64,000 bases of DNA. Source: Methanomassiliicoccales archaeon. GTDB taxonomy: Archaea; Thermoplasmatota; Thermoplasmata; Methanomassiliicoccales; UBA472. Both the position numbers and the translations under genes were made by a program. Below the pieces are notes generated by a model that was not told where the DNA came from, did no database searches, and saw only the letters and a program-made list of their open reading frames with translations. The stretch covers positions 36,475 through 100,474 of the forward strand of contig DATJOX010000041.1 of NCBI GenBank assembly GCA_035506675.1, given 5' to 3'. Of the stretch, positions 35,393 to 44,817 are shown one piece after another. Every line of letters begins with the position of its first letter. Positions within the stretch are counted from its first letter, which is position 1.

Positions 35393-35477
35393 TAGGCTGG
35401 GTATCCTCGCCGCCACCAAAAAGGTTGCCGTGACCGCCCGCAAAGGAACATAAACGAGAAGTGTGTTAGGCCGTCGC

Positions 35478-36110
35478 ATGGACCTGAAGATCGTCCTCAT
35501 GGGCCCGCCCGGCTCGGGGAAGGGCACTCAGACCGAACGCCTCTGCGTCGAGCTCAAGCTCACTAAGATCTCGACGGGCGACCTGCTGCGCGAATCGGTT
35601 CGCCTCGGCACCCCTCTCGGGACGAAGGCCAAGTCCTTCATGGATGCCGGCAAGCTCGTCCCAAATGAGCTGGTCATCGACCTCATCAAGGAGAAGATAA
35701 AGAACGTGAAGGGCGGAGTGATCCTCGACGGTTTCCCGCGCAACCTCGAACAGGCGGAGATGCTCGACAAGATCACCAAGGTCGATATGGCCATCGACCT
35801 GCAGGTCGACGAGGAGAGACTCGTGAAGCGCTTGACGCTCAGGCGGACGTGCCGCAATTGCGCCTCGGTCTACCACCTAGAGTTCAATCCGCCGAAGGTC
35901 GACGGGAAGTGCGACAAGTGCGGCGGCGAGCTGTATCAGCGCTCGGACGACACGGAGAAGACCGTGCGCGAGCGTCTGCGCGTATACAAGGAATCGACAT
36001 TCCCGCTCATCGAGTACTACAAGAAGAAGGGCATACTGAAGGCGGTCGACGGAGAGGGCGATATCGCCGAGGTCTACGCGCGCATCGTCAAGGCGATCAG
36101 GTCGAAGTGA
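35478..36110 (+). CDS. adk: adenylate kinase (bacterial-type with Zn lid)
   Basis: IVLMGPPGSGKGTQ P-loop. LID with CRNC...CDKCGGEL. Confidence 0.9.
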   Translation: MDLKIVLMGPPGSGKGTQTERLCVELKLTKISTGDLLRESVRLGTPLGTKAKSFMDAGKLVPNELVIDLIKEKIKNVKGGVILDGFPRNLEQAEMLDKITKVDMAIDLQVDEERLVKRLTLRRTCRNCASVYHLEFNPPKVDGKCDKCGGELYQRSDDTEKTVRERLRVYKESTFPLIEYYKKKGILKAVDGEGDIAEVYARIVKAIRSK

Positions 36111-36167
36111 CGCTGGGCAGGCACAAAGCAAAGGGTTAATTAGGGCCTATTTTTTAACCAGGTTGCG

Positions 36168-36243
36168 CAGCCCCGTAGTGTAGCGGTCAATCATGCGGGA
36201 CTCTGGATCCTGCGACGGCAGTTCGAATCTGCCCGGGGCTACC
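36168..36243 (+). tRNA. tRNA-Gln (CUG)
   Basis: AGCCCCG acceptor (A1:U72), anticodon stem CGGGA/UCCUG with loop CU-CUG-GA, T arm GGCAG-UUCGAAU-CUGCC, A73 plus encoded CCA. A/T-rich boxes (gttaattagg, tattttttaa) lie 10-35 nt upstream. Confidence 0.9.
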
Positions 36244-36278
36244 ATCCCTCTTCATTTTCGTTCCGGAGGAGCCGATGT

Positions 36279-37568
36279 TCACGCGATGAAGTGGTGACGC
36301 AGCTTCGTCACATCGCGGAACGGCACCACACCGATGATTCGCTCCTGCTCGTCGACCACTGGAATCGCACGGAAGTCGTACCTCTCGAAGAGAGCCTGCG
36401 CCTCCTTGAGCGTGCTGCCGGGACGTAGCGAGATGACGTTCGTCGTCATGATGTCCTGCATGAGCGCCGTGTCCGCGGCGGCCAGAAGCTCCTTGACATC
36501 GATGACCCCGAGCAGCCTGCCCTCGTCGTCCACCACGTAGAGGTACATCACGATGTCCTGGTTCTTCGCCATGTGATGGTACTGCAGCTGCGCCTGCTCG
36601 ACGGTCATTCCTGGCTGCACACGCACGAAGTGCATGGTGGAGTAGTTCGCGACGCGCTCCTCCTGCCTCTCCATGATGGCGCGCACCTTGTAGGCGGTAT
36701 CTGGGTCGAGGAGTTCGAGCAATTCGCTCGCGTCCGAGGCGGGGAGCGCGGAAAGGAAGTCGGCCGCCTGTCCCGGGGACATCTGCTTGATCAAGAGGGA
36801 CATCTGCTCTCTCGATATGAAGGGGACGAGTTCCCTCTGCACGTTCGGGTCGATCTCCTCCAGCGTGTCGGAGGCGTGCACGGGTTCGAGCTGGTTGAAG
36901 ACGACCATACGCTGTTCGCGGTCCAGCTCCTCGATCATGTCCGCCAGGTCGACTGGCTTGACCTCCGAGAGCTTCTCCCTCAGGACTTTTAACTTGATGT
37001 TGCCCTTGAACGTGCTCAGCGAGGGTGAAAGAGGCGCGACGTAGAGCCAGGGGATAACCTGGGTCGTCTCCTGCTCGACCTGAGGAGCACGCGCATCTGC
37101 GGATCGCCGGAATCCGAAGCGCCGCATGCGGCCATATCGGCTCGAATCCACAGAGGTGACGAGGAGCTTGCCGCGGGTCTTGACGAGTATCAGATCGTAA
37201 ACGATCTCGACCTCGGTGTCGTTGATGTCCAGGACCTTCTTGTCCAGGACGTGGTCGCGGAGCAATAGGGACTGCTCGTTCGGCTCGCCGACATAGGGGC
37301 CGAGGTCGGTCACGTCGAGCGTCACCTCCTCCTTGTTCATTGAGCGCACCTTCTCCCAGGGCACGATCAGCATCTTCTCTCCGAAGGGCCTTGAGAGAAC
37401 CAGGTGCGTGATCTCCGCGAATTTGTCGTGGTCGACTGCGATCATGTCCTCGAGCTTGCCAATCTTCTTCCCCACCACCGTGGCCCTGATGCCGAGCAGT
37501 TCGCTGAGATACAGTTTCTCCTCGGCGCCGCCGTTGTTCTTCCCAGCCGCTTCTGCCATCCAGTCCAC
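36279..37568 (-). CDS. soluble PRC-barrel + MgtE_N + CBS-pair protein (no MgtE membrane domain)
   Basis: N-terminal PRC-like region (LGIRATVVGKKIGKLEDMIAVD...LIVPWEKV). MgtE intracellular N-domain pattern (DLADMIEELDREQRMVVFNQLEPVHASDTLEEIDP...). Then two CBS repeats, and the ORF ends right after the second CBS. Confidence 0.7.
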   Translation of the reverse strand: MDWMAEAAGKNNGGAEEKLYLSELLGIRATVVGKKIGKLEDMIAVDHDKFAEITHLVLSRPFGEKMLIVPWEKVRSMNKEEVTLDVTDLGPYVGEPNEQSLLLRDHVLDKKVLDINDTEVEIVYDLILVKTRGKLLVTSVDSSRYGRMRRFGFRRSADARAPQVEQETTQVIPWLYVAPLSPSLSTFKGNIKLKVLREKLSEVKPVDLADMIEELDREQRMVVFNQLEPVHASDTLEEIDPNVQRELVPFISREQMSLLIKQMSPGQAADFLSALPASDASELLELLDPDTAYKVRAIMERQEERVANYSTMHFVRVQPGMTVEQAQLQYHHMAKNQDIVMYLYVVDDEGRLLGVIDVKELLAAADTALMQDIMTTNVISLRPGSTLKEAQALFERYDFRAIPVVDEQERIIGVVPFRDVTKLRHHFIA

Positions 37569-37569
37569 C

Positions 37570-37782
37570 TCACACCGATGTAAAGAATTTGTAGATCAGG
37601 ATTCCGATGATGAATATCAGATAGAGCCTGAGCGCCAATAAAGCGATCTTCGTGGCCCTGGTCATCTTGATTCTCGGCGTCCTGTACTTGTCCGTGATGT
37701 CCAGCAGCGGCCTGAAGCGCCCGCTGAACAGGCGGCGCGCGATGCTCCTCCGCTTCCCGTCGGTCATCTCGTCAGCCTCCAA
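37570..37782 (-). CDS. small single-pass membrane protein
   Basis: 70 aa with a basic N-terminus and a C-terminal TM (IALLALRLYLIFIIGILIYKFF). It overlaps the Nramp-like stop by 11 nt and ends 1 nt before the next start. Confidence 0.5.
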   Translation of the reverse strand: MEADEMTDGKRRSIARRLFSGRFRPLLDITDKYRTPRIKMTRATKIALLALRLYLIFIIGILIYKFFTSV

Positions 37783-39055
37783 AGGTTCCCGGGAACACGA
37801 CGCTGAGCGCGTAGAGCGTCGAGAGCAGGATGATCATTCCCACGATGCCCCCACCGATGATGTTCTGCCGGCGGGTGTTCTTGTACTTGCCCATCAGCTC
37901 CTCGCTGTTCAGCAGCAGCAAGAGGAACACGAGAGCTGCGGGGAGCAGCGTCACCGCGATCACCTGAACGAAGAGGGTCACAGTGACGAGGACCTGCTTC
38001 GTTGCGATCAGCACCACGAACCCTGCGCTCACGAGCAGGACCAGATAGAAGAGGTAGAACCAGCGCCCCTCCTTGATGTTGTTGTTGAGGGAGTGCGCCC
38101 AGCCGAAGACCTCGCCCACGGCCCAAGAAGAGGCGAGAGAGATGCAGATCGCCCCCAGCAGGCCGGCGTCGAACAATCCGATCGCGAGGATCGTCCCGAC
38201 CCAGTAGTTGACGCCCTGAAGCGCCACCGCCGCCTGAGCGGCGCTCTCGATCTGTTGTCCATATAGAAGGGTGCCCGTGACGATGATCAGGAAGACCGCC
38301 ACGACGACCGTCAGCGCGGAACCGATCGCGGTATCCAGCTTCCCGAAGGGGATGTCCTTCTCCTTCATCTGCTTGTCCACCACGCTGCTCTGCTGGAAGA
38401 AGAGCATCCAAGGAGCGATCGTGGTTCCGATGTTGGCCATCAGGAGGAAGAACAGGTAGCCGAGATTCCCTCCGGGGAGATTGGGGATCACGCCCCCGAG
38501 GACCTGCCCCACATTCGGGTGCACCATGATCGCCGCGGGGATGTAGATGAGGTTCAGGACGCAGAGCGCCAGCACTATCTTCTCCCACGTCCAGTACTTG
38601 CCGTGGAGCACGAGCGCGAACATGAAGACGGACACAATGACAACGGTCACGATGGGCGGGACCCCGAAGATGCTCAGGGCGGCTGTCATTCCGATGAACT
38701 CTGTGATCAAGGTGAGCCAGTCGGTTAGGGCCAGATCCCCCAGAGAGAACCACCCCCAGAACGAACCGAATGCGTCGAATATCGCTTCCGCATGGCCGCG
38801 CTTCGTCACCGCCCCGAGACGAACGGTCATCTCCTGCACGAAGTAAGCGATAGGGCCAAGAAGGATCAGGAACCAAATGAGATTGTAGCCATACGCGGCA
38901 CCGGTGACGGAGTAGGTAGTGATGCCACCGGCGTCATTGTCAGCGACCATCACGATGATGCCCGGGCCCGCGAGAACGAAGTATATTTGGAGCGTCCGGA
39001 TGAGCCGCCGGTAGCGGTAGTAGAAGCGCGCTCCAAACTTCATGGGAACGGGCAT
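37772..39055 (-). CDS. SLC11/Nramp-family transporter with NRMT-like (Mg-type) site substitutions
   Basis: Nramp topology and motifs, but the TM1 DPGN is DAGG (VADNDAGGI) and the TM6 GAxxMPH is GTTIAPW. The alternate-frame listed ORF 37764..38876 was rejected. Confidence 0.8.
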   Translation of the reverse strand: MPVPMKFGARFYYRYRRLIRTLQIYFVLAGPGIIVMVADNDAGGITTYSVTGAAYGYNLIWFLILLGPIAYFVQEMTVRLGAVTKRGHAEAIFDAFGSFWGWFSLGDLALTDWLTLITEFIGMTAALSIFGVPPIVTVVIVSVFMFALVLHGKYWTWEKIVLALCVLNLIYIPAAIMVHPNVGQVLGGVIPNLPGGNLGYLFFLLMANIGTTIAPWMLFFQQSSVVDKQMKEKDIPFGKLDTAIGSALTVVVAVFLIIVTGTLLYGQQIESAAQAAVALQGVNYWVGTILAIGLFDAGLLGAICISLASSWAVGEVFGWAHSLNNNIKEGRWFYLFYLVLLVSAGFVVLIATKQVLVTVTLFVQVIAVTLLPAALVFLLLLLNSEELMGKYKNTRRQNIIGGGIVGMIILLSTLYALSVVFPGTFGG

Positions 39056-39166
39056 GGCACATGCCCGATTTATAAATTCCCGACTGCCTTGGGCAATGGT
39101 TGCAGCCGCTCCTCATCGCGCGACAGTTTTTAGATGACGGGGTCAATCCGGTCCCGAGGGGAGTGA

Positions 39167-40324
39167 ATGATTTCGAGGGCACGGGTTCTGGCGAATCTGA
39201 AGAAGTACGACCCGGAGAAGATCAAGATCGGTGTGCTCGGATCGCACTCGGCACTGGACGTGTGCGACGGCGCAGTCGACGAAGGGTTCCGCACGGTCGC
39301 GGTCTGCCAGGAAGGCAGGGATAAGACATACTCGGTCTACTTCAGGGCCGACCGGGACGCCGAGGGCGAGGTGCGCCGGGGCATAGTCGACGAGGTCATC
39401 TCCCTCAAGCACTTCCAGGACATTATTGGCGGCGCGGTTCAGCAGCGACTCATGAAGGACAATGTGCTCTTCGTTCCCAATCGATCCTTCACGTCCTACA
39501 TCGGCATGGACGCGGTAGAGGACGAGTTCGAGCTCCCGATGGTGGGAAGCAGGAACCTCCTGCGCAGCGAGGACCGCGGCCTTGAGCGAGACTATTACTG
39601 GCTGCTCGAGCAGGCAGGCCTTCCCTACCCCCGCAAGATCGAGAAGCCCGAGGACATCGACCGGCTGACGATCGTCAAACTGCACCACGCGAAGAAGAAG
39701 CTCGAGCGCGGCTTCTTCACGGCCGCTTCCTACGAGGAGTACCAGGAGAAGTCGAAGCAGCTTCTGAAGCAAGGAGTGATCGACAAGGAGAACCTCGCCT
39801 ATGCGAGGATGGAAGAGTACATCATCGGTCCGGTCTTCAATCTCGACTTCTTCTACTCGCCGCTAGAAGAGCGCACGTCGAAGATTGAACTGCTAGGCAT
39901 CGACTGGCGGTTCGAGAGCTCCCTCGACGGGCACGTCAGGCTGCCCGCCCCGCAGCAGATGACATTGAACGAGGGGCAGAGGGTGCCCGAATATACGGTC
40001 TGCGGGCACAACTCCGCCACGCTGCGCGAATCCTTGCTCGAGAACGCCTTCGAGCTTGCGGAGAAGTACGTCGCGGCGACGCAGAAGCACTTCGCGCCCG
40101 GCATCATCGGCCCGTTCTGCTTGCAGACCTGCGTCGACAAGGACCTCAACTTCTTCATCTACGACGTCGCGCCGCGCATCGGAGGGGGCACGAACGTGCA
40201 CATGAACGTGGGGCACTCGTACGGCAACACGCTTTGGCGCACGGAGATGTCGACGGGACGAAGGCTCGCGAAGGAAGTGCGCAACGCGATCCTCGAGGAA
40301 AGGCTCGAGGAGATCGTCACCTAA
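39167..40324 (+). CDS. purP: FAICAR synthetase (5-formaminoimidazole-4-carboxamide ribonucleotide synthetase)
   Basis: KIGVLGSHSALDVCDGAVDEGFRTVAVCQEGRDKTY N-terminus plus the ATP-grasp C-terminal half typical of archaeal PurP. Confidence 0.85.
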   Translation: MISRARVLANLKKYDPEKIKIGVLGSHSALDVCDGAVDEGFRTVAVCQEGRDKTYSVYFRADRDAEGEVRRGIVDEVISLKHFQDIIGGAVQQRLMKDNVLFVPNRSFTSYIGMDAVEDEFELPMVGSRNLLRSEDRGLERDYYWLLEQAGLPYPRKIEKPEDIDRLTIVKLHHAKKKLERGFFTAASYEEYQEKSKQLLKQGVIDKENLAYARMEEYIIGPVFNLDFFYSPLEERTSKIELLGIDWRFESSLDGHVRLPAPQQMTLNEGQRVPEYTVCGHNSATLRESLLENAFELAEKYVAATQKHFAPGIIGPFCLQTCVDKDLNFFIYDVAPRIGGGTNVHMNVGHSYGNTLWRTEMSTGRRLAKEVRNAILEERLEEIVT

Positions 40325-40499
40325 GCGCCGACATTTGCGCCCCGATACTAGCGATAACATTCCGTCGCAGGAGGGGACTTTCTGGACGAGCCAGTATCCT
40401 CTTTCCTTTAAGCAAGCTTTATCTAGCACCAACGTATTCGGCACTCTAATCCTTACTCAGGGGACTCAAGGACACTGCTAGGAACCGTGAGGGAGGGAA

Positions 40500-43400
40500 G
40501 TGATGACAGAAATGCGAGCGAGGAAATTGGCAACAGGCATGCTGGTTGCAGCTCTGCTCTTGTCGTCCTTGGCGTTTATCATGCCGAGCGCGACCGTCAG
40601 TGCTGCCGTGGCATCCAATGCACAGATTTCGTTCAATGTAGTTGACAGTGCCGCTAACCCCGTTCAGGGAGCCACTGCGACGATAACTGAGGTTCACACG
40701 TCGAAGCAATACACGGCCACAAGCGACGCTGGCGGTCTGGTGACGTTCCTCGGAACTGGGACAAACGCAGTCCTCCCGGGATACTATCTCCTGACGGTCT
40801 CTAAGCCCAGTGTATACTCGAACGTCGAGTACCCCAGCATCGTCAAGTTCACCGGCACCGGGCCGGTCGCCCTGAACCTGGTAACGCTGCCGGCGACGAC
40901 CGGGACGCTATCGTTCACGATCACGCAGGCGGTCGGCGGAGCGAACGCAGCGAACGTCGTGGTTAAGATTTACGACGTGAACTCCGTGAGCAAGCTCCAG
41001 AGGAGCATCCCGACCTTCACCGGAACGAGCTCGGTCAACGTGTTCCCCGGCACCTACAAGGTGATCGTGACCGCGCCGGACCTTGAGCAAGAGGTCGGCA
41101 CGTTCACGGTGACCGCTTCCGCGATCACCCCGGTGGCCTTCGCCCTTAACCCGGCGGTCGCTGTCACTGGCTTCGTCTATCGGGACAACGTCCCGGCGAC
41201 GGGCGTGACCGCGTACCTGGTCAGCACCAACACCGCGCTTGATGTGGACATGAGGATCGTGCAGGCGCGAACCGTCGGATCGAACGGCTTCAAGTTCGAC
41301 GCCTACGCGGGCAACTTCAACATGATCGTCGACGCCACGGACGCGACGGCGAACATGACCGCACAGACGATCCTTCCGGCGAGCCCAGTGCTCTTCAACC
41401 GCGTGAATGTCTCCACTGCGACCGGGCAGTCCGACGTCAGCAACGTGGTGTTCGCGAACAACAACTGGAACACCTTCAACCTGACGCGCACCCTGAACGC
41501 GGGATTCGACATGCCGATGGCCAACATCGCCTACGGCATACCGAACATCCGCATGCAGATCGACTTCGCGTTCGGTAACGGCGACGGCACGGTGACGCAG
41601 GCGGAGGTCAACGCCTTCACCGCTCGAGCGCAATCGTTCGGGCCCGTGAACGCCACCTCTGACTTCATGACGAAGGTCAACAGCACCAGCTTCATCGTTG
41701 GCAGCACGGACTTCTCGCAGTTCGCCTTCAGCGGCCTGACGGGCAGCGTCAGCGCGAAGACCCCGTACGTCCTGAGCTCGCGCACCCAGTACAATGCGCA
41801 GACCACCCTCGGCAACGGCTACAACTCGTATACGGTGCTCGGGTATTGCAAGTACGCGACCCCCTCGATGGCCTTTACGACCACCTTGGACTGGCCGAAC
41901 GGGTACGAGATGACGAGCAACACCACGCAGTCGACCTACGTGACGGTCTCCGGCTATCTCAATGTGACCATCTCGACCACGCAGCGCCCGACCGGCGTCT
42001 ACGAGCAGGTGACGATGGGCATCCAGAAGTCGGTGGCTCCGAACGCGGTGGGCGCGGTCGGGGTTCCGTCCAACACGGCTTACGCGGTGACGGGAACCAG
42101 TGGCCAGCTTCTATACTACATCGTCTCGACGAACAAGCCGATAGTGTTCACCGGCAACGGCTCCTCTGACCCCAACGGCAACCCACTGAAGTACAGCTGG
42201 AACTTCGTAGGAGTGGGCGCTGTCGGACCGATTGCAAGCGCCTGGACGACGTTCACATTTGGGGCAGCCTCGTTCAACATCACGGTCGTCCTGACCGTGA
42301 CGGACGTGGCGGGTCTGACCGCGACGAACACCTTCTACATCAAGGCGGACGGCATCAACCCAGTGGCGGACTTCTCCGTCGTGAACAAGACCGTCTCCGC
42401 CGGCCAGTTGAACCTCGACCAGAACTCCGCGACCGTGTTCAACGGCGGACTGTCGTACGACCACATCGCCTCGAACGCTGACGTGGGCGTCATCAAGACC
42501 TACGTTTGGACCTGGGGCGACGGCAACACGACCACCGTGGGCGTCGGGCAGAACGTGAACGTGACCAAGACCTACGCTCGCCCGGGCACCTTCAATCTGG
42601 TGCTCAACGTGACGGACGTCGCCGGACACTACAGCCTGAAGTCGATCGTCGTCAAAGTGGCGGACAAGACGCCTCCGACGATCTCCTTCTTCGTGAGCAA
42701 GAGCGGCTCGACCGCTTCGATCCTCACCGCTCAGGAGAACCAGACCCTGGTGCTCAACGCGAACGCGACCTATTCGCAGTTCGAGCCGTTCAACTCTCTG
42801 AACTTCACCTGGAACATGGGTAACGGAGTGGTTCTGTACGGCAACTACGTCGCGAGCACCGCGCAATACCCCAACGGCTTCTACTACACGGGCATCAATA
42901 CCTACACGATCAAGCTGACCGTGAAGGACCAGTTGAACAACGCGGCGAACAAGACGATGTCTTTCACCGTGACCTCCCAGCCGCGGCCGGACCTGCGCAT
43001 GATCTCCATGAGCGTCTCGCCGACGGTTCTGAGCGAGGGCGAGACTGGCACGATAACGGTCAACCTGACGAACGTGGGCACCCTGCTCGCCGGAACGCCG
43101 ACCGTGGAGTTCTTCATCCTCTCCGCGAGCGGTTCGAAGACGAGCATCGGCACGAGCACGGACATGACCGTGAACGGCACCCCCGCGACCCAGTTGAAGC
43201 CGGGCGAGTACGGTCTGATCACCTTCAAGTGGACCCCCGACACCAAGGGCAACTACACCATCCTTGGCAGCGCGTCCACCGTCGGTGAGATAAACAAGGC
43301 CGACAACACCGACACGCTGGTCGTGACGGTGAACGAGGCGGCCTGGAAGGCGGTGGCGCTCTACGGCGGAATCTTCGCGGTGATCATCGTGGTCATCGTG

Positions 43401-43502
43401 CTCTTCTACATGCGCAAGAGGCTCCCGAAGCTCGGGCGCAAGAAGAAGGGCGAGGAGACCGTCGGCAAGAAGCCGACCGAGCCCCAGCAGAAGAAGAAGT
43501 AG
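40500..43502 (+). CDS. large cell-surface (S-layer-type) glycoprotein candidate with PKD-like repeats and C-terminal membrane anchor
   Basis: Signal peptide (LVAALLLSSLAFIMPSATVSA). PKD-like motifs (GSSDPNGNPLKYSWNF; YVWTWGDGNTT). Many N-x-S/T sequons. C-terminal TM (LYGGIFAVIIVVIVLFY) plus a Lys-rich tail. Confidence 0.75.
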   Translation: MMTEMRARKLATGMLVAALLLSSLAFIMPSATVSAAVASNAQISFNVVDSAANPVQGATATITEVHTSKQYTATSDAGGLVTFLGTGTNAVLPGYYLLTVSKPSVYSNVEYPSIVKFTGTGPVALNLVTLPATTGTLSFTITQAVGGANAANVVVKIYDVNSVSKLQRSIPTFTGTSSVNVFPGTYKVIVTAPDLEQEVGTFTVTASAITPVAFALNPAVAVTGFVYRDNVPATGVTAYLVSTNTALDVDMRIVQARTVGSNGFKFDAYAGNFNMIVDATDATANMTAQTILPASPVLFNRVNVSTATGQSDVSNVVFANNNWNTFNLTRTLNAGFDMPMANIAYGIPNIRMQIDFAFGNGDGTVTQAEVNAFTARAQSFGPVNATSDFMTKVNSTSFIVGSTDFSQFAFSGLTGSVSAKTPYVLSSRTQYNAQTTLGNGYNSYTVLGYCKYATPSMAFTTTLDWPNGYEMTSNTTQSTYVTVSGYLNVTISTTQRPTGVYEQVTMGIQKSVAPNAVGAVGVPSNTAYAVTGTSGQLLYYIVSTNKPIVFTGNGSSDPNGNPLKYSWNFVGVGAVGPIASAWTTFTFGAASFNITVVLTVTDVAGLTATNTFYIKADGINPVADFSVVNKTVSAGQLNLDQNSATVFNGGLSYDHIASNADVGVIKTYVWTWGDGNTTTVGVGQNVNVTKTYARPGTFNLVLNVTDVAGHYSLKSIVVKVADKTPPTISFFVSKSGSTASILTAQENQTLVLNANATYSQFEPFNSLNFTWNMGNGVVLYGNYVASTAQYPNGFYYTGINTYTIKLTVKDQLNNAANKTMSFTVTSQPRPDLRMISMSVSPTVLSEGETGTITVNLTNVGTLLAGTPTVEFFILSASGSKTSIGTSTDMTVNGTPATQLKPGEYGLITFKWTPDTKGNYTILGSASTVGEINKADNTDTLVVTVNEAAWKAVALYGGIFAVIIVVIVLFYMRKRLPKLGRKKKGEETVGKKPTEPQQKKK

Positions 43503-43587
43503 CGGAAACCCTTTCAACCCTCTTCATTTTTCATTCTTTCGCGGACGACGCGAAGCGTTCTTAACCCCCGACTCTTCTTTCAGAGCG

Positions 43588-44322
43588 ATGCTCTGGCGCT
43601 TGCTAGACGATGGTCCGTCGGACGCGGTGCGCACGGTCGCCACCGACGAAGCGATCCTCATGGCGCGGCACCTGCGCATCGTCCCGAACACCCTGCATCT
43701 CTACGTGCGCGAGAAGCCGACCGTGTCGCTGGGATACTTCGAGCGCGTTGAGGAGGCGGTTGACCTCGAGGCGGTCAAGCGTCACAACGTCGCGATGGTG
43801 CGGAGGGTGAGCGGGGGCAGCGCGATCTATACCGACCCAGGGCAGGTGATTTATGCACTGGCTCTAGACAACGAGGTCGTGCCCAATCCGCCGGAGGAGA
43901 CGTTCGAGGAGGTCTGTCAGGGCATCATCAAGGCGCTCGACATCCTCGGGCTGAAGGCGGAGTTCAAGCCCGCGAACGATGTGCTCGTGAACAAGCGCAA
44001 GATCTCCGGATCGGCGCAAACGCGCAAGTGGGACGTGGTATTGCAGCACGGCACACTCATGGTGGACACCGACTTCGACGTGATGTTCGACGTGCTGCGC
44101 ATGCGCAAGAAGGGGAGGACCAAGGACTCGGTCACGTCGCTCGCCAGGGAGCTCGGCGAGGTGCCGTCGATGGACCGGGTGAAGAAGGCGCTGGTGGACG
44201 GGTTCTCGAGCACCTTTGGGGTGGAGATCGACAAGGGCACGCTCTCGCACTACGAGCGTACGACGATCGACTCGCTGATTCGAGAGAAGTACGGCAGGGA
44301 GACGTTCGTCCTCTCCCGCTGA
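43588..44322 (+). CDS. lplA: lipoate-protein ligase A, catalytic domain only
   Basis: ATDEAILMAR...LHLYVREKPTVSLGYF...MVRRVSGGSAIYTDPGQV...KISGSAQ motifs. There is no C-terminal accessory domain, matching the split LplA/LplB type. Confidence 0.8.
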   Translation: MLWRLLDDGPSDAVRTVATDEAILMARHLRIVPNTLHLYVREKPTVSLGYFERVEEAVDLEAVKRHNVAMVRRVSGGSAIYTDPGQVIYALALDNEVVPNPPEETFEEVCQGIIKALDILGLKAEFKPANDVLVNKRKISGSAQTRKWDVVLQHGTLMVDTDFDVMFDVLRMRKKGRTKDSVTSLARELGEVPSMDRVKKALVDGFSSTFGVEIDKGTLSHYERTTIDSLIREKYGRETFVLSR

Positions 44323-44817
44323 TCACTTGTAGCTCTCGAGGTCGAGGAACGCGATCTTGCGCGCGTCCATGAAGAACCCGACCTTCTTGTGCAGCATGAC
44401 CGAGCGGGGGTTGTCCGGCATGATGGCGCTGGTGACTGCCTTCGCGCCCTTCTTCTTCGCTTCCTGAGCGACCTTCTTCATCAGCTGGTGGCCGATGCCG
44501 CGCCGGCGGTAGGAGGGATGCACGCCGAGGTTCTCGATCCAGACCGCCTTCGGGATGTTGCTCATGTACTCTACCATCTGCGCGAAAACGAACCCGACGA
44601 TCTGCTTGTCCTCTTTGGCGACGAACGAAAGCCCGGAGTCCAGGTAGTGCTCGAACGCCCCCTTGGAGGTCGCCCCGAGCTGGTCCACGAAGTTCTGGTT
44701 GAGGTCGTCCCACTTGCGGTGCAGGGTCGCCTCGAAGTACTCCTTCATGATGAAGAGCTCGAGCGCCCGCACGTGTCCCCTGTCCTCTTCCTTGAGCTTC
44801 GTGATCTGCAAGGTCAC
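44323..44817 (-). CDS. GNAT acetyltransferase
   Basis: LGVHPSYRRRGIGHQLMKKV acetyl-CoA loop. The GTG start overlaps the argS stop (ATGTGA). Confidence 0.7.
   Translation of the reverse strand: MTLQITKLKEEDRGHVRALELFIMKEYFEATLHRKWDDLNQNFVDQLGATSKGAFEHYLDSGLSFVAKEDKQIVGFVFAQMVEYMSNIPKAVWIENLGVHPSYRRRGIGHQLMKKVAQEAKKKGAKAVTSAIMPDNPRSVMLHKKVGFFMDARKIAFLDLESYK

Noticed and set aside
37764-38876. 370-aa ORF, same strand as the Nramp-like gene
   Set aside because: It is an alternate frame of the transporter gene. It is Arg/Gly/Pro-rich, whereas the 37772..39055 frame gives a coherent polytopic Nramp sequence.
42111-43517. 468-aa ORF on the minus strand
   Set aside because: It is antisense to the 1000-aa surface protein gene. 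It is Arg/Gly/His/Asp-rich with no recognisable domains.
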